Assembly (NCBI GenBank): GCA_034421575.1
Contig: DAOUKG010000017.1
Coordinates: forward strand, 19,886-83,885
From: Dehalococcoidia bacterium
GTDB lineage: Bacteria > Chloroflexota > Dehalococcoidia > Lucifugimonadales > VXLM01
Direction: 5' to 3'
DNA: 64,000 nt
Shown: piece after piece, positions 8,822 to 17,959 of the stretch
Numbering within the stretch: position 1 is the stretch's first letter
How the letters are laid out: each line of letters opens with the position of its first letter
Program-made: the position numbers and the translations under genes
Notes under the pieces: model-generated
The model's input: only the letters and a program-made list of their open reading frames with translations
What the model was told of the DNA's origin: nothing
The model's database searches: none

Positions 8822-10117
8822 ATGCCAGGTAATGAAGCTGCCAGTCTTGCTCTGCTAGTGGCCTTTCTGGTGCTGTCCGCCTTCTTTTCCAGTTCGGAAG
8901 CGGCCTTCCTCTCCCTGCAGAGGACGAGGATCGCGCACCTGCTCAGAGAAGGAGTGCCGGGCGCCCGCCGGGTCGCCGACATGCTCGATGAGCCCGAGAG
9001 GCTGCTGTCCACCATCCTGCTCGGCAACAACCTGGTCAACGTGGCATTCAGCGCGGTGATCACCGTTGTGGTCGTCGACCGCGTGGGTCAGGACAATGAA
9101 GGGCTCGGAGTGGTCATTGCCACCATACTCGGAACGGTGACGCTGCTGTTGCTGGGCGAGACGATTCCCAAGACCATTGCAGTCCGGAACTCTGAGAAAC
9201 TCGCGTTCCTGTACTCCTATCCTCTCAAGTGGGGTGAGTACCTGCTGCTGCCGTTCGTCCTGATTCTCCAAAGGATCACGAAGGTGTTCAGCAGCCGGGT
9301 GGGCGGGGCGCAGGAGGAACAGCCCTCGATTACTGAGGGGGAGTTCCGCACGCTCATCGACATAGGAGAAGGAGAGGGAGAGTTCGAGGAGGACGAGGCG
9401 GAACGTCTCAGGGGCGTGTTCCGGTTCGGAGACCGGCAGGTGCGCGACGTGATGACACCGCGCACGGAGATCGTCTTCGTCCAGCGCGGCTCCGGCGTGA
9501 AGGAGTTCCTGCAGACATACTCCGAGCACTCGCACACCCGCTTCCCCGTCTACTGGGACACGACGGACAACATTGTCGGTGTCCTGTCCCTGAAGGACAT
9601 CATGCGGTCGCTGGCCGTCAACAAGCTCTCGGACGACGATTCGGTGACCGACGTGATCCGCGACGTGCACTTCGTGCCGGAGACCAAGCGCATCGCCGAG
9701 CTCTTCGACGAGCTTCGCACTTCGGGGAACCAGATGGCGATCGCGGTCGATGAGTTCGGCGGAGTCGCCGGACTCGTCACGCTCAAGCAGCTCATCGAGG
9801 ACGTGATGGGCCGTGTCGGCGAGGAGGGTGTCGGGACCGAGGAAGAGCTGACCCTCGTCGGCCAGGACACGTATGAGGTTGACGGCGGCATGAGCATCGA
9901 CGAGGCGCGCGACAGGCTTGTGTTGGACATAGAAGAGGGAGACTTCGAGACGGTTGCCGGCTGGGCGCTCGAACGATTGGGGCACATCCCCACTGAGGGA
10001 GAAACGTTCGATGCCGACAACGTGTCCGTCGAGATCATAGAGATGGACAACCTGAAGATAGAGGGTCTCCGCCTCACCAAGCACCGCCGGACGAGCGGTA
10101 GCGCCGACCAAGACTGA
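8822..10117 (+). CDS. CNNM/DUF21-CBS-CorC_HlyC family membrane protein (hemolysin-family / divalent-cation efflux type)
   Basis: 431 aa. It has an N-terminal multi-TM DUF21-like region with LLGNNLVNV, a CBS pair region, and a C-terminal CorC/HlyC-like domain (ETVAGWALERLGHIP..GE). Confidence 0.85.
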   Translation: MPGNEAASLALLVAFLVLSAFFSSSEAAFLSLQRTRIAHLLREGVPGARRVADMLDEPERLLSTILLGNNLVNVAFSAVITVVVVDRVGQDNEGLGVVIATILGTVTLLLLGETIPKTIAVRNSEKLAFLYSYPLKWGEYLLLPFVLILQRITKVFSSRVGGAQEEQPSITEGEFRTLIDIGEGEGEFEEDEAERLRGVFRFGDRQVRDVMTPRTEIVFVQRGSGVKEFLQTYSEHSHTRFPVYWDTTDNIVGVLSLKDIMRSLAVNKLSDDDSVTDVIRDVHFVPETKRIAELFDELRTSGNQMAIAVDEFGGVAGLVTLKQLIEDVMGRVGEEGVGTEEELTLVGQDTYEVDGGMSIDEARDRLVLDIEEGDFETVAGWALERLGHIPTEGETFDADNVSVEIIEMDNLKIEGLRLTKHRRTSGSADQD

Positions 10118-10161
10118 CGCATAGCGGTATGCCAAAATCGTTCCCCCGCGAAAATTCGGTC

Positions 10162-10170
10162 TGATATAAT
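10162..10170 (+). promoter_or_regulatory. candidate extended -10 (TGaTATAAT) upstream of tig
   Basis: tgatataat lies 40 nt upstream of GTG 10210. No convincing -35 is present. Confidence 0.25.
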
Positions 10171-10209
10171 CGACCCGTACGTTTGAACGAACTCGCGCAG
10201 GGAGCCCAC

Positions 10210-11568
10210 GTGAAAGTAACTCAAGGTGAAGTCGAGGAGCGCCAAGTCACGCTCCGAATCGAGTTGGACGACGATGACCTTGAGCCGTACGTAGAGCGTG
10301 GCTATCGGCAGGTCGTCGGAAAGATGCGCATTCCCGGCTTCCGACCCGGCAAGGCCCCGCGACAAATCGTCGAGGGCATGGTCGGACGCGAAGGCCTCAT
10401 CTCCGAGTCGCTCGAGTTCCTCGTGGCCGATGTCATCAACAAGGCCGTCGAAGAGGAGGAGATCGACATCGTCGGCTTCCCTCAGATTGAGAGCTTCGAG
10501 TTCGACCCCGTGGTCGTCGAGGCCATGGTGGCTCTCAACCCCGTACTCGACCTGGGCGACTACCGGAGTATCCGCGTCGAAGAGGACCCCGTAGACGTGA
10601 GCGATGAGGATGTCCAGGACGAGCTTGAATCCCTGCGCAAGCAGCAGTCCTCCTGGGAGCCGGTCGATCGCGCCGTCGCCCTCGATGATCTGGTTACCAT
10701 GGATGTCACCGGAAGGGTCAATGGGGTGGAGATTATCGACGAGACGGACTCCCAATACCTCGTAGACCCGTCCTCCACTCTCCCCTTCCCGGGCTTTGCC
10801 GCCGAATTGGAGGGTCTGGAAGTCGACAAGCCTGCGAACTTTTCCCTTGACCTGCCCGACGACTACCCGGACAACGAGCTTGCGGAAAAGCAGGTCGAGT
10901 TTTCCGTCGTGATAACGGACGTGAAGCAGCGCCTCCTTCCCGAGCTGGACGACGAGTTCGCCCAGAGCGTAGGCGACGAGTACGAGAAGATCGAGGACCT
11001 CATAGAGCAGCTGCGGGACGACATCGAGACTGCGACAGTACGGCAGAACGAGTATGAGTACCGCGAGGTTGCGATTGAAGAGCTGGTCGTGAACGCCGAC
11101 ATGGAGATCGCGCCCGTTCTCATTCAGCAAGAGGTCGAGCAGATGGAGGGGCGGCGCGACGAGATGATGAAGCGCCTGGGCATCAGCGAGGAAGACTACA
11201 ACCGCTTCACCGGCAGGACGGCGGAGGAGATCCGCGACGATATGCGCGAGGAGGCGGTCGAGAAGCTCAACCGCGCCCATGCCATCAGCGCCTTCATCGA
11301 TATGGAGGCCCTCGAAATCTCCGATGATGAGCTCAACGACCGTCTCAAGCAGCTTGCAAGAGAGGGTGACGAGTCGACGGGGCGCAAGCTCACGAACAAG
11401 GAGCTTCGCTCCGAGCGCGTGAAATCGTCCGTCCGAGAGACGCTTCTCATCGAAAAGGCGCTGGAAAGGCTCGTGCTCATCGCCAAGGGACAGGCTGAGG
11501 AAGGTGAGGAAGAGGACTCGTCTCAAGAGGAAGACGAGGCGGAGGTCGTGGCGCAGTCACCGGCTTAG
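10210..11568 (+). CDS. tig: trigger factor
   Basis: VKVTQGEVEERQVTLRIEL... followed by RIPGFRPGKAPRQIVE, which is the trigger-factor ribosome-binding signature. The GTG 10210 start follows agggag. The ORF is open from TTG 10183. Confidence 0.9.
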   Translation: MKVTQGEVEERQVTLRIELDDDDLEPYVERGYRQVVGKMRIPGFRPGKAPRQIVEGMVGREGLISESLEFLVADVINKAVEEEEIDIVGFPQIESFEFDPVVVEAMVALNPVLDLGDYRSIRVEEDPVDVSDEDVQDELESLRKQQSSWEPVDRAVALDDLVTMDVTGRVNGVEIIDETDSQYLVDPSSTLPFPGFAAELEGLEVDKPANFSLDLPDDYPDNELAEKQVEFSVVITDVKQRLLPELDDEFAQSVGDEYEKIEDLIEQLRDDIETATVRQNEYEYREVAIEELVVNADMEIAPVLIQQEVEQMEGRRDEMMKRLGISEEDYNRFTGRTAEEIRDDMREEAVEKLNRAHAISAFIDMEALEISDDELNDRLKQLAREGDESTGRKLTNKELRSERVKSSVRETLLIEKALERLVLIAKGQAEEGEEEDSSQEEDEAEVVAQSPA

Positions 11569-11628
11569 CTGGGCGTTCGACTGCGAAGGAAATGGGCGAG
11601 CGAGGGGCGGCTCCGAGTATTCGGGACT

Positions 11629-12294
11629 ATGCGTAACGAGGAGAAATTTGTGTTGACATCTACATTCCAAAACGCCGTTCCAACGGTGGTTGAGACGAAT
11701 ACAAAGGGGAGGAAGGAAGAGTACAACATCTACTCGCTCCTTCTCCGCAAGCGAATCATCTTTCTGGGTTCGGCGATAGACGATCAGGTGGCCAACTCCG
11801 TCGTCGCGCAGCTTCTCTACCTCGACAGCGAGGACCCCGAGTCCGACATCCTCATGTACATCAACTCTCCGGGCGGAGTCATCTACTCCGGCCTGGCGAT
11901 CTACGACGCCATGCAGCTCATCAACGCCGACGTTCGCACCTACTGTGTGGGAGCGGCCGCGAGCATGGGGACCGTGCTCCTGACGGCAGGAGCCAAGGGC
12001 AAGCGCTTCGCGCTGCCGAGTTCCACCATCCACATGCACCAGCCGATAGGCGGAGCGCAGGGACAGGCGTCCGACGTTGAGATCCGCGCCCGCGAGATAC
12101 TCCGACTCAAGGACCGCCTGCGTGAGATCATCGCGGACACAACGGGGCAGCCCTACGACCGGGTCGCGCGCGACTCCGACCGCGACTTCTACATGAACGC
12201 CGAAGAGGCGAAGGAGTATGGAATCGTCGACGAGATCGTTTCGTCCATGCCCGGGGGCTATAATCCTTCATCGTCAGTGAACGGTTCAGAGTGA
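11629..12294 (+). CDS. clpP: ATP-dependent Clp protease proteolytic subunit, paralog 1
   Basis: [13 protein letters not shown], the Ser site in CVGAAASMG, the His in IHMHQP and the Asp in RDSDRDFYM are all present. Confidence 0.9.
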   Translation: MRNEEKFVLTSTFQNAVPTVVETNTKGRKEEYNIYSLLLRKRIIFLGSAIDDQVANSVVAQLLYLDSEDPESDILMYINSPGGVIYSGLAIYDAMQLINADVRTYCVGAAASMGTVLLTAGAKGKRFALPSSTIHMHQPIGGAQGQASDVEIRAREILRLKDRLREIIADTTGQPYDRVARDSDRDFYMNAEEAKEYGIVDEIVSSMPGGYNPSSSVNGSE

Positions 12295-12339
12295 AGACCT
12301 CCCGCCTGGAGCATCCGAAAGAGCACTAAGGAGACACAC

Positions 12340-12966
12340 GTGCGGACACCGAACTTCGAAAACGTTCTGCCGATGGTGGTGGAGACCAGCGCCAGGGGCG
12401 AGCGCGCATACGATATCTACTCGCTTCTGCTTCGCAAGCGCATCATCTTCCTGGGCACTCCCATCAACGACCAGGTCGCGAACGCCATCGTCGCCCAGCT
12501 TCTGTACCTCGACAGCGAGGACCCCGACCGCGACATACTCATGTACATCAACTCTCCCGGCGGCTACATCTATGACGGCCTCGCGATCTACGACACCATG
12601 CAGCTCGTCAAGCCCGACGTGCAGACCTACTGCGTCGGGTCGGCCATGAGCATGGCGACGGTGCTCCTGACCGCGGGCGCCAAAGGCAAGCGCTTCGCGC
12701 TTCCGAACTCCACCGTCCACATGCACCAGGCGATGGGCGGGACGCAGGGCCAGGCGTCGGACATCGAGATATGGGCACGAGAGACGCTTCGGCTCGAAGA
12801 CCGGGTCCGAAGCATCATCTCGGACACGACGGGCCAGCCGTATGACCGGGTGGCCAAGGACTCCGACCGCGACTTCTTCATGAACGCGGAGGAGGCCAAG
12901 GACTACGGGATCGTCGACGAAGTAGTAACGAGCGAAGAGATGGAACAAAGGGGCGAGAAGTCCTAG
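12340..12966 (+). CDS. clpP: ATP-dependent Clp protease proteolytic subunit, paralog 2
   Basis: It shares the same catalytic contexts ([24 protein letters not shown]). It is a tandem paralog of the upstream gene. Confidence 0.9.
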   Translation: MRTPNFENVLPMVVETSARGERAYDIYSLLLRKRIIFLGTPINDQVANAIVAQLLYLDSEDPDRDILMYINSPGGYIYDGLAIYDTMQLVKPDVQTYCVGSAMSMATVLLTAGAKGKRFALPNSTVHMHQAMGGTQGQASDIEIWARETLRLEDRVRSIISDTTGQPYDRVAKDSDRDFFMNAEEAKDYGIVDEVVTSEEMEQRGEKS

Positions 12967-12983
12967 CGCAACGATCGAAAGCA

Positions 12984-13018
12984 CCGCCCCCCGGGTAGAA
13001 CCGGGGGGCGGTTTCGTT
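12984..13018 (+). terminator. rho-independent terminator-like hairpin after clpP paralog 2
   Basis: An 11-bp perfect GC stem pairs ccgccccccgg (12984-12994) with ccggggggcgg (13001-13011). The loop is 6 nt and the tail is tttcgtt. Confidence 0.55.
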
Positions 13019-13044
13019 AGTACAGGGTTCGATTCGTTGGGAGC

Positions 13045-14370
13045 ATGGAAGAGGGGAAAATGACGACAGCACGGACAGGCGACACGAGCAACTACAAATG
13101 CTCATTCTGCGGCAAGTCGCAGCAGCAAGTTAAGCGAATATTTGCCGGACCTGACCGGGTGTTCATTTGCGATGAGTGCATAGGCCTGTGCGGACAGATC
13201 ATGACCGAGGAGAGCCAGGTTCCCGTCCGGCCGCCGACCTCCAAGGAAATCCTCTCCAAGAGCGTCACGCCGCGCTGGATCTACCGCAAGCTCGACGAGT
13301 ACGTGGTGGGACAGGAACGGTCGAAGAAGGTCCTGAGCGTGGCGGTGTACAACCACTACAAGCGGATCACGTCCAACCTCATGCCCTCGCCTGACGTGGA
13401 GCTGCAGAAGGCGAACATTCTCATGATGGGGCCTGCGGGCTCCGGCAAGACCCTCCTCGCGCAGACGCTGGCGAAGGTGCTCGACGTGCCATTCGCAATC
13501 GCGGACGCGACCTCGCTCACCGAGGCCGGGTACGTCGGTGAGGACGTGGAGAACATCCTCCTCCGGCTGATACAGGCTGCGGACTTCGACATCGAAAAGG
13601 CGCAGCAGGGCATCATCTATATCGACGAGTTCGACAAGATTGCCCGCAAGAGTCCGAACCCCTCGATAACGCGAGACGTCTCAGGCGAAGGCGTCCAGCA
13701 GGCGCTGTTGAAGATCATCGAGGGGTGCGTGTCCAACGTCCCGCCGCAGGGCGGGCGCAAGCATCCACACCAGGACTTCGTGCAGATCAAGACGGACGAC
13801 ATCCTCTTCCTGTGCGGCGGAGCGTTCGAGGGGCTGAACGAAGTCGTCGACGAACGCCTCTCCAAGGGCAGGGTCACGCTCGGCTTCAACTCCACCGGCA
13901 AGTCGGCGGACGGCCTGTCCGAGGACGGCGCGAACCTGCTCGATCACGTCATTGGCGACGACCTGCTCGACTACGGCTTCATCCCCGAGCTCGTTGGACG
14001 CCTGCCGATATCGGTCGGCCTTCAGAGCCTCGATAAGGAGGCGCTCGTTAAGGTCCTCACCGAACCGAAGAACGCCTTCGTCAAGCAGTACCAGAGCCTC
14101 TTCAAGATGGACGGCGTCGACCTGGAGTTCACGCAGGAAGCTCTCGAAGCCGCCGCCGATCAGGCCATCGAGCGGGGCACCGGCGCGCGCGGGCTCCGCG
14201 CCATTCTCGAAGAGACGCTGCTCGACGTCATGTACGAGCTTCCAACGCTCACCGGCGTTTCGCGCTGTGTGGTTGACGACGATTCCATCCGCAAGACCAA
14301 GGGCGTCCATCTCGTGCGCGAGGACGGCGAGGTCATGCCTCTCCCGCTATGGGAGCAGAAGTCGGCGTAG
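13045..14370 (+). CDS. clpX: ATP-dependent Clp protease ATP-binding subunit ClpX
   Basis: Zinc finger CSFCGK...[10 protein letters not shown], Walker [13 protein letters not shown] and Walker [11 protein letters not shown] are present. Length is 441 aa. Confidence 0.95.
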   Translation: MEEGKMTTARTGDTSNYKCSFCGKSQQQVKRIFAGPDRVFICDECIGLCGQIMTEESQVPVRPPTSKEILSKSVTPRWIYRKLDEYVVGQERSKKVLSVAVYNHYKRITSNLMPSPDVELQKANILMMGPAGSGKTLLAQTLAKVLDVPFAIADATSLTEAGYVGEDVENILLRLIQAADFDIEKAQQGIIYIDEFDKIARKSPNPSITRDVSGEGVQQALLKIIEGCVSNVPPQGGRKHPHQDFVQIKTDDILFLCGGAFEGLNEVVDERLSKGRVTLGFNSTGKSADGLSEDGANLLDHVIGDDLLDYGFIPELVGRLPISVGLQSLDKEALVKVLTEPKNAFVKQYQSLFKMDGVDLEFTQEALEAAADQAIERGTGARGLRAILEETLLDVMYELPTLTGVSRCVVDDDSIRKTKGVHLVREDGEVMPLPLWEQKSA

Positions 14371-14442
14371 AGCGGGGTAAGATAGCCTAGCGCCCCCTCC
14401 TCAACCTGTAGTCGTCCCTCCGAATTCCCGACCGCCCTTCCT

Positions 14443-14592
14443 CAGAAAATAACCCCCGGCCAACCCATCGTAGGGGCAACCCTCGTGGTTGCCCGTCCCC
14501 GACACCACGCCACCACCACCCGTCATTCCGGCGAAGGCCGGAATCCAGTCCCCGGATCCTGCTGGCTCGTGCCAACCCCATTTTCATTGTTG
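14443..14592 (+). repeat. ~150-nt composite repeat, copy a
   Basis: It is near-identical to 53516-53692 apart from one nested insertion: aaaataacccccggccaacccatcgtaggggcaaccc.gtggttgcccgtcccc...cgtcattccggcg...ccggaatccagtccccggatcc.gctggctcgtgccaaccccattttcatt. Confidence 0.8.
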
Positions 14593-14653
14593 GAGGTATC
14601 GGCGGCAGCCGACATGAACGATCGCTACGAAAATAGGCCCCAATACCCCACAT

Positions 14654-14706
14654 CGTCATTCCCGCGAAAGAACGTCACCCCGTACCACGATACGGGGCGG
14701 GAATCC
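14654..14706 (+). repeat. composite hairpin unit A+B (one of six copies)
   Basis: The sequence is cgtcattcccgcgaaagaacgtcaccccgtaccacgatacggggcgggaatcc. Other copies lie at 182-235 (inverted), 8489-8542 (inverted), 17579-17627 (inverted), 22800-22842 and 52485-52537. Confidence 0.8.
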
Positions 14707-14726
14707 AGCATTCTCCTCCCTCCCGA

Positions 14727-15749
14727 TCACCTGTTGGGAGGTATCGCGCGAATGGTCTCCAGCGCATCGGCCTGGACCCTCCGGCTCCCCAACCGAAGGG
14801 CGATGGCCAGCTCCTGTCGTGCAAGCTGGTAGTTGCCTGCCTCGACATAGATCTTGCCGCGCAGAAGGTGCGCCTGGGCCGCTGCCAGGGGGTTGGACTC
14901 TATCGCCAGCGCCAGTTCGTCGAGCGCGCGGGAGATGTCGCCCTGCGAGTAGTAGCGCTCGGCGCGGAAATAGTGGGTAAATTCGTTATCCGGCAGCCTG
15001 AGGTCGGCGACGATGACTCCGAGGGCCAGAATGACCAGGGACACAGGGACGACCCACCACTTGAGGATGAGCGACCCCGTGGTGTCGACGATCACCTGGC
15101 TGCCGAACATGGTGCGAGCGCTCATGTACTGAGGCGAGAGCGTCAGCCCGAGAACGAACCCCGCTACCAGTCCGCCGCCGTGAGCCCAGTTGTCGATGCC
15201 GGGCGTCGACAGGCCGATGAATATGTTTATCGCGACGATGATTCCAACGCCGATGAGGCTTTGCTGCGCGTGTTTGCCGAACGTCTTGCGCTGCATCACG
15301 AAGTAGGCCGCGAGCGCGCCGACGATCCCGAATATCGCGCCGCTCGCCCCCGCCGCTATGGCAATCGAATTGAACAGGTAGCTCGTGACGCTGCCGGCAA
15401 GTCCTGCCAGAAAGTACAGCAAGAAGAAGCGCTGGTGACCGTACGCTCGCTCCACCGTCTGCCCGAAGATGAAGAGGCCGAGCGCGTTGAACCCCAGGTG
15501 CATGAAGCCTGAGTGAAGGAACATCGCCGTGAAGAGCCGCCAGTACTCTCCTTGCGAGATGAGCGGGCCGAACATTGCGCCGAAGTCGAGCAGGACATCG
15601 GGGTCTTCCGTCCCGCCCGCTAGGTGCGCGAGACCGAAGACGACGACGTTGATGGCCAGCAGCGCATAGGTCAGGTACGGCCTCCGCACCAGTTCCGGCA
15701 TGGGGACGTAGGATTCCGGCCGCTGGTCGTATTCGTCGCTTTCGTACAC
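14727..15749 (-). CDS. rhomboid-family intramembrane serine protease with a C-terminal TPR-like tail
   Basis: Rhomboid motifs are present: FLHSGFMHLGFNALGL and the GASGAIFG catalytic Ser. The C-terminal ~90 aa look TPR-like (AERYYSQGDISRALDELALAIESNP...). Confidence 0.85.
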   Translation of the reverse strand: MYESDEYDQRPESYVPMPELVRRPYLTYALLAINVVVFGLAHLAGGTEDPDVLLDFGAMFGPLISQGEYWRLFTAMFLHSGFMHLGFNALGLFIFGQTVERAYGHQRFFLLYFLAGLAGSVTSYLFNSIAIAAGASGAIFGIVGALAAYFVMQRKTFGKHAQQSLIGVGIIVAINIFIGLSTPGIDNWAHGGGLVAGFVLGLTLSPQYMSARTMFGSQVIVDTTGSLILKWWVVPVSLVILALGVIVADLRLPDNEFTHYFRAERYYSQGDISRALDELALAIESNPLAAAQAHLLRGKIYVEAGNYQLARQELAIALRLGSRRVQADALETIRAIPPNR

Positions 15750-15811
15750 GTGCTGTCCGGAGTGAAGTGTGTCCAGGGATACCGGACGGTGAGGCCGTCC
15801 ATGGGGTCATT

Positions 15812-15952
15812 GTAACTGTTCAGACTTCATGAGAGCACTCGACACACACAGCCCATCGTCATTCCCGCGTAGGCGGGAATCTAATCCCTCTCCCGTTCGC
15901 GGGAGAGGGCTAGGGTGAGGGTGTATTCCCCTCACCAAGACTGAACAGTTAC
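15812..15952 (+). mobile_element. MITE-like element, family Y, copy 3
   Basis: The left end is gtaactgttcagact and the right end is agactgaacagttac (14 of 15 inverted match). The flanks share only GTCAT. Confidence 0.65.
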
Positions 15953-16037
15953 TGTCATCCTTCTTCGGTGCGATGCCCCGTAGTTCTACGATACACTAGG
16001 CCCCGCGACGCACTCAACAACCACTCGGAGGGGCCTC

Positions 16038-16565
16038 GTGACGCTACTCAGCGAAGCGCTTCCCGGCAGGGACGATCTTCGCCCCGATCAGCAGGTCGAC
16101 AGCATTGCCGATATCGACGCGCGCGCCCTCTACGACCGGGGCATACGCGCCATCGGGTTCGACGCCGACCAAACGCTGTGCCGGTTCCACGGAATGGGCA
16201 TCGACGAACAACTCTTGATGAGCATCGAGGTCATGCGCGGGCTGTTCGGCGACAGGGTCTGCATCATCTCCAACTGCACGGACAGGCGGCGGGAGGAGCT
16301 TCTCGAACACTTTCCAATGCACGTGGTGCCCGTTCGCAAGCGAAAGCCCTCCCCCTTGCCATACCGCGAGGCGGAGCGACACTTCGACGTGCCGCCGGAG
16401 CAGTGGGCCTTCGTGGGCGACCGCATCCTGACCGACATCGTGGGCGCCAACCGGGCGGGCTGGCACTCGATACTCGTGCCGCCCCTAGCCCCGGAGACCG
16501 ACCCGTGGTTCATCAGCATGGCCCGTACCTATGAGCGCCTTCTCCGGCGGGCTTATGGCATGTAG
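16038..16565 (+). CDS. HAD-superfamily phosphatase, subfamily IIIA (YqeG-like)
   Basis: HAD motif I-like GFDADQTLC, motif KPSP, and motif IV FVGDRILTDIVGANRAG are present. Length is 175 aa. Confidence 0.7.
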   Translation: MTLLSEALPGRDDLRPDQQVDSIADIDARALYDRGIRAIGFDADQTLCRFHGMGIDEQLLMSIEVMRGLFGDRVCIISNCTDRRREELLEHFPMHVVPVRKRKPSPLPYREAERHFDVPPEQWAFVGDRILTDIVGANRAGWHSILVPPLAPETDPWFISMARTYERLLRRAYGM

Positions 16566-16654
16566 GGCGGCCCTTCCGCTAAGGGGGTGTTTCCGAAGTC
16601 CGTGAAATCCGTTCGTGGTGAGCTTGTCGAACCATGAACGGTTTCGGCTGACTT

Positions 16655-16808
16655 ATACCAATTCGTTTTGAATACACCATGAATTGATGGTGACACCACC
16701 ACGTCATCCGTCATTCCGGCGTAGAGCTTGCCCCGTACTCCGATACGGGGCCGGAATCCAGAAAGGCTGGTCAGTCGACAATACGGCCTCATCACACCTA
16801 ATTATTGG
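16655..16808 (+). repeat. element X copy 1 (~150 nt; CCAATT...AATTGG-type ends)
   Basis: It runs ataccaattcgttttgaatacaccatgaattg...cgtcattccggcg[nested hairpin]ccggaatccagaaag...aatacggcctcatcacacctaattattgg. It overlaps the stop of the 16798-17364 gene. Confidence 0.75.
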
Positions 16809-17364
16809 TTCGGGGCTTGGTCGCCTTCACCCTATACTGGCGATTGACTTCCGGGGACGGCTCCCCACACATGAGACCGGCGGACTCCAGCAGATCGAGC
16901 ATCTCGTCCGACGGTGCTCGATCGACCCATTGTACGACCATCAACCTGCCCCCGGGCTTGAGCAGCCGCGCGAGGTCAAGGGCCAGGGCCTGCTTCTCTT
17001 CTCTCGACTCCCGATAGTGAAACACCAGCGTACACAGGACGTGGTCTGCCACTCCCTCCGGCAACGGAGCTTCCGGCCCATCGTTGAGCAGTGACGTGAC
17101 GTTGGTGAGTCCCGCATCCGCTGCTCTCGACTCAACCAGTGACACCATGCCTTCATGGATGTCCAGTGCGTACACCATGCCGGTGGGGCCGACTGTTTCA
17201 GCTGCCGGAAGGGTCACGAGACCCGGACCGCAGCCGTAGTCCACGACTGTCATTCCGGGCCGAAGCCCTGCATCATCCAAGAGTTCTACAGGCGTCAGCC
17301 CGTTGAGTCTCCGTTCCGGGTCCAGCAGACTTGCCGTCCACTCATCGCTGTATCGATTGCTCAT
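16798..17364 (-). CDS. class I SAM-dependent methyltransferase
   Basis: SAM-binding motif VVDYGCGPGLVT. I chose ATG 17364 as the start. The last ~3 codons and the stop lie inside repeat element X copy 1. Confidence 0.75.
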   Translation of the reverse strand: MSNRYSDEWTASLLDPERRLNGLTPVELLDDAGLRPGMTVVDYGCGPGLVTLPAAETVGPTGMVYALDIHEGMVSLVESRAADAGLTNVTSLLNDGPEAPLPEGVADHVLCTLVFHYRESREEKQALALDLARLLKPGGRLMVVQWVDRAPSDEMLDLLESAGLMCGEPSPEVNRQYRVKATKPRTNN

Positions 17365-17395
17365 CCAAGTGACTCCGTCCTGTGAGATGGGACTA

Positions 17396-17545
17396 ATACC
17401 AATTCGTTTTAACCACACCGTGAATTGGCTGTGACACAACCAACTTATCCGTCATTCCGGCGTAGAGCTTGCCCCGTACTCCGATACGGGGCCGGAGTCC
17501 AGAAAGCTCAATCAGCAAGAATACGGCCTCATCACACTCAATTGG
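17396..17545 (+). repeat. element X copy 2
   Basis: It has the same architecture and orientation as copy 1. It lies immediately upstream of the start of the same gene. Confidence 0.75.
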
Positions 17546-17680
17546 TGCTGCTAATCCAAGCGATAAAGAGATTTGGGGCCAGCCCCGTATCGTGGTACGG
17601 GGTGACGTTCCTTCGCCGGTATGACGGCATTTCAAAGGTCTCTCTCTCCGCAGGAATGGCAGGGGTTGTGCAAGGGTCTC

Positions 17681-17938
17681 CTAAAACGGATCAGGCTCGG
17701 CGGGTTCAGGTTGCGACTCTCCGTAGGCCGTCTGGATCTGGGTAATCTTCAGTTCGGCCTTTGACAGGACGTCGCCGCAGAAGTTCGCAAGCCGCATCCC
17801 CCTCTCGAAGAGCGCGGTCGTCTCGTTCAGCGAGAGCTCACCCGCCTCCATGGCCCGGACCGTCTCTTCGAGCTGCTCCAACGCCTGCTCAAACGTGAGG
17901 TCTTTGAATTCGTCTTCGGCCTTGGTCATATCCTGCAT
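17681..17938 (-). CDS. xseB: exodeoxyribonuclease VII small subunit
   Basis: 85 aa with FEQALEQLEETVRAMEAGELSLNETTALFERG, the typical XseB motif. It lies directly downstream of xseA. Confidence 0.85.
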   Translation of the reverse strand: MQDMTKAEDEFKDLTFEQALEQLEETVRAMEAGELSLNETTALFERGMRLANFCGDVLSKAELKITQIQTAYGESQPEPAEPDPF

Positions 17939-17959
17939 TTGCTTTGACCGCCTATCTGG

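Noticed and set aside
8855-11526. Very long antisense ORFs (8855-10135, 426 aa; 9550-11526, 658 aa) opposite the CNNM and trigger-factor genes
   Set aside because: The sense-strand products carry unambiguous family motifs. The antisense translations are Arg/Leu/Val/Asp-rich low-information sequences typical of shadow ORFs in high-GC DNA.
13020-13044. tRNA-like T-arm string gggttcgattcg
   Set aside because: No acceptor or anticodon stems can be drawn around it. It lies between the clpP terminator and the clpX start.
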